Source: an uncultured Candidatus Saccharibacteria bacterium
GTDB lineage: Bacteria > Patescibacteriota > Minisyncoccia > Phycocordibacterales > UBA9973
DNA: 48,795 bases
Direction: 5' to 3'
Assembly (NCBI GenBank): GCA_964618365.1
Contig: CAZUAA010000001.1
Span: forward strand, 1-48,795
Positions 27,366 to 36,296 of this stretch are shown in pieces. The notes below the pieces were generated by a model. It saw only the letters and a program-made list of their open reading frames with translations. It was not told where the DNA came from and ran no database searches. Every line of letters begins with the position of its first letter. The stretch's first letter is position 1. Made by a program: the position numbers and the translations under genes.

Positions 27366-28541
27366 ATGAAAGACAAACAAATAGAGAAACTTATTAAAGA
27401 AGAGGAAAAGAGGCAGAAAAGTGTTGTGAATTTAATTGCTTCTGAGAATATTGTTTCTGAAGATGTGCTTAAGGCTCTTGGTTCTAAACTTACAAACAAA
27501 TACGCTGAAGGCTATCCAGGCAGGAGGTATTATGGTGGAAATCAGGTTGTAGACAAGGTAGAGAATTTAGCTATTGCTCGAGCACTTAAACTTTTTAAAT
27601 TAAAGCCAACTGAATGGCATGTAAATGTTCAACCACTTTCTGGCTCTCCTGCAAACTTTGCTCTCTATACTGCACTTGTGCCAATTGGAGGGAAAATAAT
27701 GGGAATGAAACTTTCTTCCGGTGGGCATCTTACTCATGGTTATCCTGGATCTATGACTGGAAAGCTTTGGAAGCCTGTACAGTTTGAACTTGATAAAAAT
27801 ACAGAGATTATAGATTATGATGTTATTAAAAAGATTGCAATAGAAGAAAAACCAAATATTATCGTAGCAGGATTTACTGCTTATCCACGAGTTGTTGATT
27901 TTAAAAAGTTTCGAGAAATTGCCGATGCATGCGGGGCGATCCTTCATGTAGATATGTCGCACTTTGCAGGGCTCGTAGCTGGGGGAGCATACCCATCTCC
28001 ATTTCCTTATGCTGATTCTGTGATGACTACAACTCACAAGTCTCTTCGTGGCCCAAGGCATGCGATAATTTTTGTTAAAAAAGATGCAAGAGAGTTTGAT
28101 AAGAAAATAGATAAAGCGATAATCCCAGGATTGTATGGTGGCCCACATGAGAACACCATCGCTGCTGCCGCAGTTTCATTCCTTGAAGCCTCAAAGCCAG
28201 AATTCAAAAAATATGCAAAGCAAGTAGTTAAAAATGCAAAAGTTCTTGCCAAAGAATTACAAAAATTCGGCTGGCACATTATCTCTGGAGGGACAGATTC
28301 ACATCTTATACTTGTAGATACTTGGATGGAAGGGAAAGGTATACCCGGCAAAGATGCAAGTGTTAAACTTGAAAAAGCAGGAATAATTGTAAATATGAAT
28401 ACAATTCCAGGAGACACAAGAGGCCCTATGGATCCATCAGGAATTCGCCTTGGTACTTGTGCACAAACGACAAGGGGAAATAAAGAAAAAGATATGGTAA
28501 AGCTCGCGATCAGGATGGATAAAATATTAAGAGGAAAATAA
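27366..28541 (+). CDS. glyA: Serine hydroxymethyltransferase
   Basis: Contains NLIASENIVS, YAEGYPGRRYYGG and VMTTTHKSLRGPR (PLP lysine). Confidence 0.95.
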   Translation: MKDKQIEKLIKEEEKRQKSVVNLIASENIVSEDVLKALGSKLTNKYAEGYPGRRYYGGNQVVDKVENLAIARALKLFKLKPTEWHVNVQPLSGSPANFALYTALVPIGGKIMGMKLSSGGHLTHGYPGSMTGKLWKPVQFELDKNTEIIDYDVIKKIAIEEKPNIIVAGFTAYPRVVDFKKFREIADACGAILHVDMSHFAGLVAGGAYPSPFPYADSVMTTTHKSLRGPRHAIIFVKKDAREFDKKIDKAIIPGLYGGPHENTIAAAAVSFLEASKPEFKKYAKQVVKNAKVLAKELQKFGWHIISGGTDSHLILVDTWMEGKGIPGKDASVKLEKAGIIVNMNTIPGDTRGPMDPSGIRLGTCAQTTRGNKEKDMVKLAIRMDKILRGK

Positions 28542-28542
28542 A

Positions 28543-29025
28543 ATGGCACATATTCACGAAAAAATTGATTTTTGTGTAGAAGTATTTATTGTTTATAAAG
28601 ATAAGGTTCTTTTACACATACATGATAAACTTGGTTTTTGGCTTTCTGTTGGCGGTCATATTGAATTAGATGAGGATCCAGTTGAAGCAGCAATTCGTGA
28701 AGTAAAAGAAGAAGTTGGTCTTGATATAGAAATAATTGGTGAATCAAAGGGTCCATTAAATGGAGATGAAAAAAATAGGAATTATAAATATTTGATTCCA
28801 CCTAGATATTTAGGGAGACATCCAGTTAATGATAAACATGAACATATTGTTTTTGTTTATTTTGCAAAATCAAAAACAGATTTAATTTCTGAATCAATTT
28901 TAGAACATGAAAAAGGAGTCATGATGAAATGGATGACTTTGGATGATTTAAATAAAATTGAACTTATTCCAAATGTTAAATTTTACGCAAAGGAAGCATT
29001 AAAAGAATTAGGAGAGGGAAAATAA
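28543..29025 (+). CDS. NUDIX hydrolase
   Basis: Nudix box GGHIELDEDPVEAAIREVKEEVGL. Confidence 0.8.
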   Translation: MAHIHEKIDFCVEVFIVYKDKVLLHIHDKLGFWLSVGGHIELDEDPVEAAIREVKEEVGLDIEIIGESKGPLNGDEKNRNYKYLIPPRYLGRHPVNDKHEHIVFVYFAKSKTDLISESILEHEKGVMMKWMTLDDLNKIELIPNVKFYAKEALKELGEGK

Positions 29026-29027
29026 TT

Positions 29028-29465
29028 ATGGAAGAAAAGAAACAAAAAAGACCAAAGGCTTGTGTGGGGGTTATGATTTTTAAAGATGGTCAAATTTTAA
29101 TTGGCAAAAGAAAAAGTACTGCTTCTCATGGACCCGGGGAGTATTCTTTTCCTGGGGGTCATATTGAGGCAAATGAATCCTTTAAAGATTCAATTGAAAG
29201 GGAGACTTTAGAAGAGGCTGGAGTAAAAATTAAAAATATTAAATTTATTAGTGTGGCGAATATAGATGCTTATATGGGTTATCAAACAATACTTACTAGT
29301 TTTGTTGCTGATTGGGAAAGTGGGGAACTCACAGATTTTCCAAATGAAAATATTGGAGAATGGCAATGGTGTGAAATTGATAATCTCCCAGAACCACTCT
29401 TTGTTCCAACACAAATTACAATAGATTCTTACAAAACAGGAAAAAATTTTTATGATAAAGAATAA
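29028..29465 (+). CDS. NUDIX hydrolase
   Basis: Nudix box PGGHIEANESFKDSIERETLEEAGV. Confidence 0.8.
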   Translation: MEEKKQKRPKACVGVMIFKDGQILIGKRKSTASHGPGEYSFPGGHIEANESFKDSIERETLEEAGVKIKNIKFISVANIDAYMGYQTILTSFVADWESGELTDFPNENIGEWQWCEIDNLPEPLFVPTQITIDSYKTGKNFYDKE

Positions 29466-30045
29466 TAAACAAAAAGGTCTTTTGGTTGCTATATATGGTA
29501 TTAATAATATAGGTAAGACGACCCAGGTAAGGTTACTGAAGGAAGAATTTGAAAAACAAGGCCAAAAAGCAATTATTGTGAAATATCCAGTTTATGATTT
29601 AGCTCCAACGGGGCCACAAATAAATGCTTATTTAAGGTTAGGTAATCCAGAAAAACTTTCACCAAAACAAATTCAATTTTTATTTGCTCAAAATAGAAAA
29701 GATTATGAGACGAAATTAAAAGAATTAATTACAGAAAATGATATTGTTATATTAGAAGATTACAAAGGAACTGGTATTTCTTGGGGGATGGGAGCAGGAG
29801 TTGATAAGGATTATTTAATTGATATAAATAAAGATTTGATAATACCGGATATTTCTATTCTAATGGATGGAACAAGATTTTTGCAGGGGGAAGAAGATAA
29901 TCATCTTCATGAAAATAATTATGCATTAATTGATAAAGTTCGAGATGCATTGCTCGAATTATCTAAGCAGTTTAATTGGAAAATAGTAAATGCGAATCAG
30001 TCAATAGAATCTGTTAAAAGAGATATAATGAGTCATTTAAAATAA
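29452..30045 (+). CDS. Thymidylate kinase-like nucleotide kinase
   Basis: P-loop GINNIGKTTQ and an FAQNRKDY segment resembling the Tmk LID/NMP region. The genomic context is dTMP synthesis. Confidence 0.55.
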   Translation: MIKNNKQKGLLVAIYGINNIGKTTQVRLLKEEFEKQGQKAIIVKYPVYDLAPTGPQINAYLRLGNPEKLSPKQIQFLFAQNRKDYETKLKELITENDIVILEDYKGTGISWGMGAGVDKDYLIDINKDLIIPDISILMDGTRFLQGEEDNHLHENNYALIDKVRDALLELSKQFNWKIVNANQSIESVKRDIMSHLK

Positions 30046-30046
30046 T

Positions 30047-30298
30047 ATGAAAATAATAGATGTAAGGACAAAAGGAGAATATGATTGTGGGCATATAGAA
30101 GGAGCCGTTCTTTTTGATATTATGGATATGATGTATGGAAAATTTCCAGAACTTCCAAAAGATGAAGAAATTTTGTTATATTGTGAATCTGGAAGCCGGG
30201 CCACCATTGCCAAGTCGATGATGGAACAAATTGGTTTTACAAATGTTTTAAATGGTGGAGGAACACATGATATGATTAATAATGGGTATAAATGTTAA
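30047..30298 (+). CDS. Rhodanese-like single-domain protein
   Basis: Contains IIDVRTKGEYDCGHIEGA and the active-site loop YCESGSRA. Confidence 0.8.
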   Translation: MKIIDVRTKGEYDCGHIEGAVLFDIMDMMYGKFPELPKDEEILLYCESGSRATIAKSMMEQIGFTNVLNGGGTHDMINNGYKC

Positions 30299-30299
30299 T

Positions 30300-30722
30300 A
30301 TGAAAATTAAAATTAAGAAATTAAAAGAAAATGCCAAGTTACCAAGCTATGCTCACCCAGGAGATGTGGGGATGGATATGTATGCGATGGAAACTGTAAC
30401 GATAAAGCCAGGGGAGCATTATAGATTTTGGCATGGATTTGCAATGGAATTCCCTGAAGGATATATGGCGAAAGTCTTTGATAAATCAAGTATTTCAAAA
30501 GCCGGGCTCCATACACTGGGAGGAGTGTTTGATGCTGGATATAGAGGAGAATACAATACTCATCTTGTAAATTTGGGCTCTGAGCCATATACTATAGAAG
30601 CGGGGGATAAAGTGTCCCAATTGGTGATAGTGCCTGTATCTATTCCTGAAATAGAAGTTTCTGATACATTAAGTGAATCAACGCGAGGAGAAGGGGCCTT
30701 TGGATCAACAGGGAGGAAATAA
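30300..30722 (+). CDS. dut: dUTP diphosphatase
   Basis: Contains GDVGMDMYA, GVFDAGYRGE, DKVSQLV and RGEGAFGSTG. The start was taken at MKIKIKKL, 1 nt after the upstream stop. Confidence 0.9.
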   Translation: MKIKIKKLKENAKLPSYAHPGDVGMDMYAMETVTIKPGEHYRFWHGFAMEFPEGYMAKVFDKSSISKAGLHTLGGVFDAGYRGEYNTHLVNLGSEPYTIEAGDKVSQLVIVPVSIPEIEVSDTLSESTRGEGAFGSTGRK

Positions 30723-30840
30723 TGGTTTTAAATAAAGATTTGCAAATTATATTCTAAAAAAAGTCCTCGGACTCAGGGGACGGGAGCCGGTGCCAGACAT
30801 TTTTTTATAAAATAATTTACAAATCTTTTGAAATACAAGA

Positions 30841-32553
30841 ATGAAAAATTTGATTGAACAAAAAATAAAAGAAGCATTAAAAAATCTTGGAATAAATGAA
30901 GATGTTTCTTTTTCTGTGGAGCATCCGGATGATTTAAAGAATGGGGACTATTCGACAAATGTGGCGATGGTATGCGCCAAACAGTTAAAATCAAACCCCG
31001 GGGGTTTGGCGGAAAAAATTAAGATAGAAATAGAGAAAGATTTACCTAAAGAAATTGAAAAGGTAGAAGTTGCTGGCCCCGGGTTTATTAATTTCTATTT
31101 ATCTCGAGAATTTTTTACTGAAAAAGTAAAAGAAATTTTAGAAAGAGGGGAAAATTGGGGGAAGAATGTTTTACTAGAAGGGAAAAAGATTATGGTGGAG
31201 TATACTGACCCAAATCCATTCAAGCCATTTCATATAGGCCACCTCATGACAAACGCAATAGGGGAATCTCTTTCTAGAATAGTAGAATTTTCTGGTGCCG
31301 AAACTATTCGTGCAAATTACCAAGGAGATGTGGGTCCTCATGTCGCAAAAGCAATATATGGACTTTTGCAATTTGGAATGCCAGAAGAGAATAAGACCGT
31401 GTCTGAAAAAGCACAATATATTGGTGAATGTTATTCAAAAGGAAGTAATTTTTATGATACAGATGAAAACATAAAAAAAGAAATTGATGAAATAAATAAA
31501 AAAATTTATGATAAATCTGATGATAAAATAAATGAAATATATGAATGGGGAAGAAAGGTAACGCTAGATGCATTTGAAGAAATTTATAAATTACTAGGGA
31601 CAAAATTTAGTGATGGGTGTTATTTTTTTGAAAGTAAGATGGCGCCGATAGGAGAAAAAATAGTTAGAGAAAATATTGGGGAAGTTTTCAAAGAATCAGA
31701 CGGTGCTATTGTTTTTCATGGTGAAGATTATGACAAGAAACTACATACTAGAGTATTTATTAATTCTCAACAATTACCGACTTATGAGACAAAAGAAATT
31801 GGTCTAACTGTTACAAAATTTGAAAAAGAAAATCCTGATTTATCTATTGTGATAACTGCTACTGAACAGGCAGAATATATGAAAGTGGTAGAGAAAGCTA
31901 TTTCACTTATTTATCCTGATTACGAGAAAAGAATGCTACATATAACTCATGGGATGATGCGTTTTGCTGATGGTAAAATGTCTTCAAGAAAAGGGAATGT
32001 AATAACAGGAGAATCCTTACTCAATGATTCGATGAATATTGTGTTAGAAAAAATGAAAGAAAGAGATATGCAGGATGAAGAAAAAAATCATATTTCAAGG
32101 ATAGTGGGAGTTTCGGCTTTGAAATACTCGATACTTAGATCGTCTCTTGGTTCTGATATTGTTTATGATCAGGAAAAATCAATTTCCTTTGATGGGGACT
32201 CTGGTCCATATTTACAATATACGGCTGTACGGGCGAATTCGATTTTAGAAAAATCAAAGAGTTTTGATTTAGAAGATAAAAAAGATATTCCTGAAAATAT
32301 TACTGATTTAGAAAAATTACTTTATCAATTTCCTGAGATTGTAGAGTACTCTTATGGAGAGCTTGCTCCACACCATATCGCAATTTATCTTACAAAACTT
32401 GCAAGTGAATTTAATACTTTTTATGGTAATACTCAGATTCTTATTGAGGAAAATAAATACATGGTCTATCATTTGAATCTCATAAAATCATTTTATAAAA
32501 CTATGGGAAATGGCCTATGGCTTTTAGGCATGGAAATACCAGAGAGGATGTAA
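30841..32553 (+). CDS. argS: Arginine--tRNA ligase
   Basis: Contains YTDPNPFKPFHIGH (HIGH), MSSRKG (KMSK-like) and the C-terminal anticodon-binding DALR region. Confidence 0.9.
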   Translation: MKNLIEQKIKEALKNLGINEDVSFSVEHPDDLKNGDYSTNVAMVCAKQLKSNPGGLAEKIKIEIEKDLPKEIEKVEVAGPGFINFYLSREFFTEKVKEILERGENWGKNVLLEGKKIMVEYTDPNPFKPFHIGHLMTNAIGESLSRIVEFSGAETIRANYQGDVGPHVAKAIYGLLQFGMPEENKTVSEKAQYIGECYSKGSNFYDTDENIKKEIDEINKKIYDKSDDKINEIYEWGRKVTLDAFEEIYKLLGTKFSDGCYFFESKMAPIGEKIVRENIGEVFKESDGAIVFHGEDYDKKLHTRVFINSQQLPTYETKEIGLTVTKFEKENPDLSIVITATEQAEYMKVVEKAISLIYPDYEKRMLHITHGMMRFADGKMSSRKGNVITGESLLNDSMNIVLEKMKERDMQDEEKNHISRIVGVSALKYSILRSSLGSDIVYDQEKSISFDGDSGPYLQYTAVRANSILEKSKSFDLEDKKDIPENITDLEKLLYQFPEIVEYSYGELAPHHIAIYLTKLASEFNTFYGNTQILIEENKYMVYHLNLIKSFYKTMGNGLWLLGMEIPERM

Positions 32554-32592
32554 AAGGGTAATTAAGAATTAATAATTAGGAATTAATAATTT

Positions 32593-32844
32593 ATGGACTT
32601 TATAGAAGAAAGATTGAGTAAAATAGAAGAAAGAAATAGGAAGGTAGAGCTCGATAAAGCTTGGGAAACCAGTTTTATTAGGATTTTATCTGTAAGTATT
32701 ATCACTTACGTTGCGGCATTTTTTGCTTTGTATAGTATCGGTGCAAATAAACCCTACTTCAATGCATTTATTCCTGTATTGGGATTTATTCTTTCGACAC
32801 AATCAATCCCAATTATAAAAAAGTATTGGATTAAGAATAAATAA
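32593..32844 (+). CDS. Small two-TM membrane protein, first ORF upstream of the paralog array
   Basis: 83-aa ORF with a charged N-terminus and two hydrophobic helices. It ends 14 nt before the array. Confidence 0.5.
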   Translation: MDFIEERLSKIEERNRKVELDKAWETSFIRILSVSIITYVAAFFALYSIGANKPYFNAFIPVLGFILSTQSIPIIKKYWIKNK

Positions 32845-32858
32845 AATGTTTTAATTTT

Positions 32859-34607
32859 ATGGAATCTAAAACACCACAATTTGATGCATTGCTTGATAAA
32901 ATCTTAGAAGAGCTTGTCCCACATAAGCGTACTTGCAAATGGCAAGGAGAGCATAAATATTGTGAAGGGGAATTTGAAATAACAAAAGAAGATATTGAGT
33001 TTTTAAAATTACTTCGAGCTCCTGCACCAAATTATTGTCCGACGTGCAGAAGGATAAGAAGGTTTCCACATCTCACTATTTCTCAATTATTTAAAGTTAA
33101 ATGTAATGCTCCAAACCATACAGAATCCATCATTTCTGTTTTTCCAGAAGAATGTCCAGTTCCTATATATGACTATAAGTATTTTATTGGTGATGAATTT
33201 GATCCATTTTCTTTTGGTAGAGTATATGATAAGAGTTTAAGTCCACTGGGTCAACTTTTGGATTTTAGAAAAAAATTTCCTATGCCATCTTTTCTCAATC
33301 GAAACTCATCGGATATAAATAGTGATTATTCTAATGGCGGACGGGATGTTAAAAATGGTTACTATACTGTTGGTTGTTATCATGTTGAAGATGTTTGGTA
33401 TACCATTCATGCAAATAAGAGTAGAAATATTATGGATTCAAATGCAGTTGGTGAATCAGATTTTATTTATGGATGTGTCTCTTCAGATCATTTATACAAA
33501 TCTTCTTTTATATATTTTTCTAGTAATTGTATTAATTCCAGTTTTCTTTTTGATTGTAAAAATTGCCAAGATTGTTTTGGTTGTGTAAATCTTCGAAATT
33601 CTAAATATTGTGTTTATAATGAGCAGTTGACTAAAGAAGATTATGAAAGTTTTATGGGATCGATAACTCCCTTTTCGAGAGATATACTTAAAGAATGTGA
33701 AGAAAAATTTTGGCAATTAGTGAAGAGTCTTCCTCTTAATGGTCCAAGAATAGTTTCTTCAAATAACACAAATGGTGTTAAGATAATAAATTCTAATAAT
33801 TTATTTGATGTTACAGATTCTATTAGTTCTGAGAATGCACGTCATTCTGATGGGATTCAAACTCATAGAGACTCTATGGACATTCTCTATTCCGGAGGTA
33901 ATTCAAGTCTACTTTATATGAATACAAATATTGGCTCACAGTCTAGTAGAGTTAAATTTTCTATATCTTCTAAGTTTTGTTTAGATTGTGAATTTGTTTT
34001 TAATTCTAAAAATCTCACAAATTGTTTTATGTGTTTTGGACTTCAGAATAAATCATATTGTATTTTAAATAAACAGTACGAAGAATCTGAATATTATAAG
34101 ATTGTTGATGAGATAAAATCTCTTATGCTAAAGAGGGGGGAGTATAGTGATGGTCCTGGATTTGAATTTTCTGCTCAAGCTTATAATTTTTCTATTGGGC
34201 AGATTTTGTATCCACTTACCGATGAAGAGATAGTAAAATTTGGTGGCTATATAGCCAAAGAACCAGAAACAAATGTTGGAAATATGGAAGTATTAGGTAA
34301 AGATCAAATTCCTCAGACAATTAATGAAGTAAATGATGATATTTTAGATAAAGCTATTCGTTGTGAAGTGACTGGCAGGCCGTTTAGAATAATTGCTTCA
34401 GAGTTGGCTTTCTTAAGAAGAATTGGATTACCACTTCCAATTATTCATCCTTCATTGCGTATGTCTGGTCGCTGGAAATTCTCTCCTGTTGGTAAAAAAT
34501 ATAAAGCAGTATGTAAAAAATGCCAAAAAGATATGGAAACTTTATTTGATCCTAATGAAAAATATTTGATGTATTGTGAGAAATGTTATCAACAAGAAGT
34601 GATATAA
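32859..34607 (+). CDS. Cys-rich zinc-ribbon/Cys-ladder paralog 1 (most divergent)
   Basis: It shares with paralogs 2-5 the CPxCRRIRR knuckle, two copies of the motif C(F/I)GC(V)NL..K.YC..N.QY..E(E/D)Y, and the C-terminal YCEKCYQQEV. Several Cys pairs are replaced. Confidence 0.85.
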   Translation: MESKTPQFDALLDKILEELVPHKRTCKWQGEHKYCEGEFEITKEDIEFLKLLRAPAPNYCPTCRRIRRFPHLTISQLFKVKCNAPNHTESIISVFPEECPVPIYDYKYFIGDEFDPFSFGRVYDKSLSPLGQLLDFRKKFPMPSFLNRNSSDINSDYSNGGRDVKNGYYTVGCYHVEDVWYTIHANKSRNIMDSNAVGESDFIYGCVSSDHLYKSSFIYFSSNCINSSFLFDCKNCQDCFGCVNLRNSKYCVYNEQLTKEDYESFMGSITPFSRDILKECEEKFWQLVKSLPLNGPRIVSSNNTNGVKIINSNNLFDVTDSISSENARHSDGIQTHRDSMDILYSGGNSSLLYMNTNIGSQSSRVKFSISSKFCLDCEFVFNSKNLTNCFMCFGLQNKSYCILNKQYEESEYYKIVDEIKSLMLKRGEYSDGPGFEFSAQAYNFSIGQILYPLTDEEIVKFGGYIAKEPETNVGNMEVLGKDQIPQTINEVNDDILDKAIRCEVTGRPFRIIASELAFLRRIGLPLPIIHPSLRMSGRWKFSPVGKKYKAVCKKCQKDMETLFDPNEKYLMYCEKCYQQEVI

Positions 34608-34614
34608 TAACATT

Positions 34615-36291
34615 ATGGAATACAAACCAGAAAATAAAGCGTGTCAAAACTGCAAGAGAGACTTTACTATCGAGCCGGAGGATTTTAATTTTTATGATAA
34701 GATGAATGTTTGTGCTCCGAGTGATTGCCCATCTTGTAGGGCTCAATTGAGATTAAGTTTTCGTAACGAGAGAACTTTTTATAAAAGGCCTTGTGATAAA
34801 TGCGGACAAAACGTTATTTCTATGTACTCACCCAATAAGCCTTTTACTGTTTATTGTTATGATTGTTGGTATTCGGATGATTGGGGTGGGGAGGATTACG
34901 GTATGGAGTATGATCAATCTAGGTCATTTTTAGATCAATATGAAGAGTTATGGAAGAAAGTTCCTAAGGTTGCACTTATATATGTAAATAGTCCAGGGAG
35001 CGAATATACGAACATTTCAGCTGATAATAAAAAATGTTATATGATTGTGGAATCTTCTAATAATGAAAATTCTATTAATTCATACTGGATACAAGAGTGT
35101 CGTGATGTAGTAGATACATCTTTTGCTTCAAAATGTGAACTCACTTATGAGAGTGACGATTGTTACAATTCATATAAGATTTTATATAGTAAGGGCTGTC
35201 ATGATTGCTCTACAAGCTACTTCCTAACAGATTGTAGAGGGTGCTCGGATTGTATTGGATGCATAAATTTAGTAAATAAAACAAATTATATTTTCAATGA
35301 GCCGTATAGTAAAGAAGAATATGAAAAAATAAAAAAGGAGTTACAATTAGATACTTTAGATGGAGTAGAATTATTCAGAGATAAATATCAAGATTTTATT
35401 TTAAATAAACCTAGGAAATTTGGAGAAATTGTAAATGTTTTGAATTCGACTGGAAATTATATAAAGAATGCAAAAAATTGTGTTTCTTGTTTCCATTGTT
35501 ATGAAGCAGAGAATAATAAATACGGGGTCCATATTTGGCGAAATGCAAAGGATACTATGGATTGTGATACTGCCGGAAGAAATGTTTCACTTATTTATAA
35601 TTCAATAAATGCAGGAATTGATAATTCAAATTTTGTCTCTGGTTCTGTATGTTGGACTTGCTCGTTTGTAAATTATTCCACATATTGTTTTAATTCAAAT
35701 TATATTTTTGGATGTGTTGGTTTAAGAAAGAAAAATTATCATATACTTAATCAACCATATTCAAAAGAAGAATATGAAATCATTAGAGAAAAGATTATTA
35801 AAGAATTGAAAGATAATAATTTTTATGGTAATTTCTTTCCTAAAAATCTTTCTTGTTTTGGTTATAATGAGACTCCCGCATATGAGCAATTTCCACTTTC
35901 TAAAGAAGAAGCAATAAGGCAAGGTTTTAAATGGGAAGACACAGAAAGAGGGACATATGGGAAAGAGACAATTAAAAAAGAAGATATGCCACAGAATATA
36001 TCAGAGGTAAATTTTGATGTAAAAAATGAAATTTTTGTTTGTCACAATTGTGATAAAAATTTTAGAGTAATAGAAGATGAATTTCTGTTTTATAAAAAAT
36101 TAAATATTCCATTACCAAAACTTTGTCCAGAATGTAGGCATAATAGAAGAATACAGTCTCGTGGTCCAAACAAACTCTGGCACAGAAAGTGTATGAAAGA
36201 AGGATGTACAAATGAATTTCAAACAAGTTATGCTCCTGATAGACCAGAAATAGTGTATTGTGAAAAATGTTATCAAAATGAGGTATACTAA
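34615..36291 (+). CDS. Cys-rich zinc-ribbon/Cys-ladder paralog 2
   Basis: 36 Cys in 558 aa by my count. N-terminal CQNCKRDFTIEPEDFNFYDK...CPSCR, a second ribbon CDKC...YCYDCW, a duplicated core motif, and C-terminal CHNC...CPECRHNRR...YAPDRPEIVYCEKCYQNEVY. Confidence 0.9.
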   Translation: MEYKPENKACQNCKRDFTIEPEDFNFYDKMNVCAPSDCPSCRAQLRLSFRNERTFYKRPCDKCGQNVISMYSPNKPFTVYCYDCWYSDDWGGEDYGMEYDQSRSFLDQYEELWKKVPKVALIYVNSPGSEYTNISADNKKCYMIVESSNNENSINSYWIQECRDVVDTSFASKCELTYESDDCYNSYKILYSKGCHDCSTSYFLTDCRGCSDCIGCINLVNKTNYIFNEPYSKEEYEKIKKELQLDTLDGVELFRDKYQDFILNKPRKFGEIVNVLNSTGNYIKNAKNCVSCFHCYEAENNKYGVHIWRNAKDTMDCDTAGRNVSLIYNSINAGIDNSNFVSGSVCWTCSFVNYSTYCFNSNYIFGCVGLRKKNYHILNQPYSKEEYEIIREKIIKELKDNNFYGNFFPKNLSCFGYNETPAYEQFPLSKEEAIRQGFKWEDTERGTYGKETIKKEDMPQNISEVNFDVKNEIFVCHNCDKNFRVIEDEFLFYKKLNIPLPKLCPECRHNRRIQSRGPNKLWHRKCMKEGCTNEFQTSYAPDRPEIVYCEKCYQNEVY

Positions 36292-36296
36292 GATAT

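Noticed and set aside
27600-28549. Long antisense ORFs (182 aa and 171 aa) inside glyA
   Set aside because: They lie opposite a strongly conserved SHMT reading frame and carry no motifs.
30757-30830. GC-rich patch gtcctcggactcaggggacgggagccggtgccagac followed by a T7 run after dut
   Set aside because: It is probably the operon terminator region, but I could not draw a convincing single hairpin. It is left uncalled.
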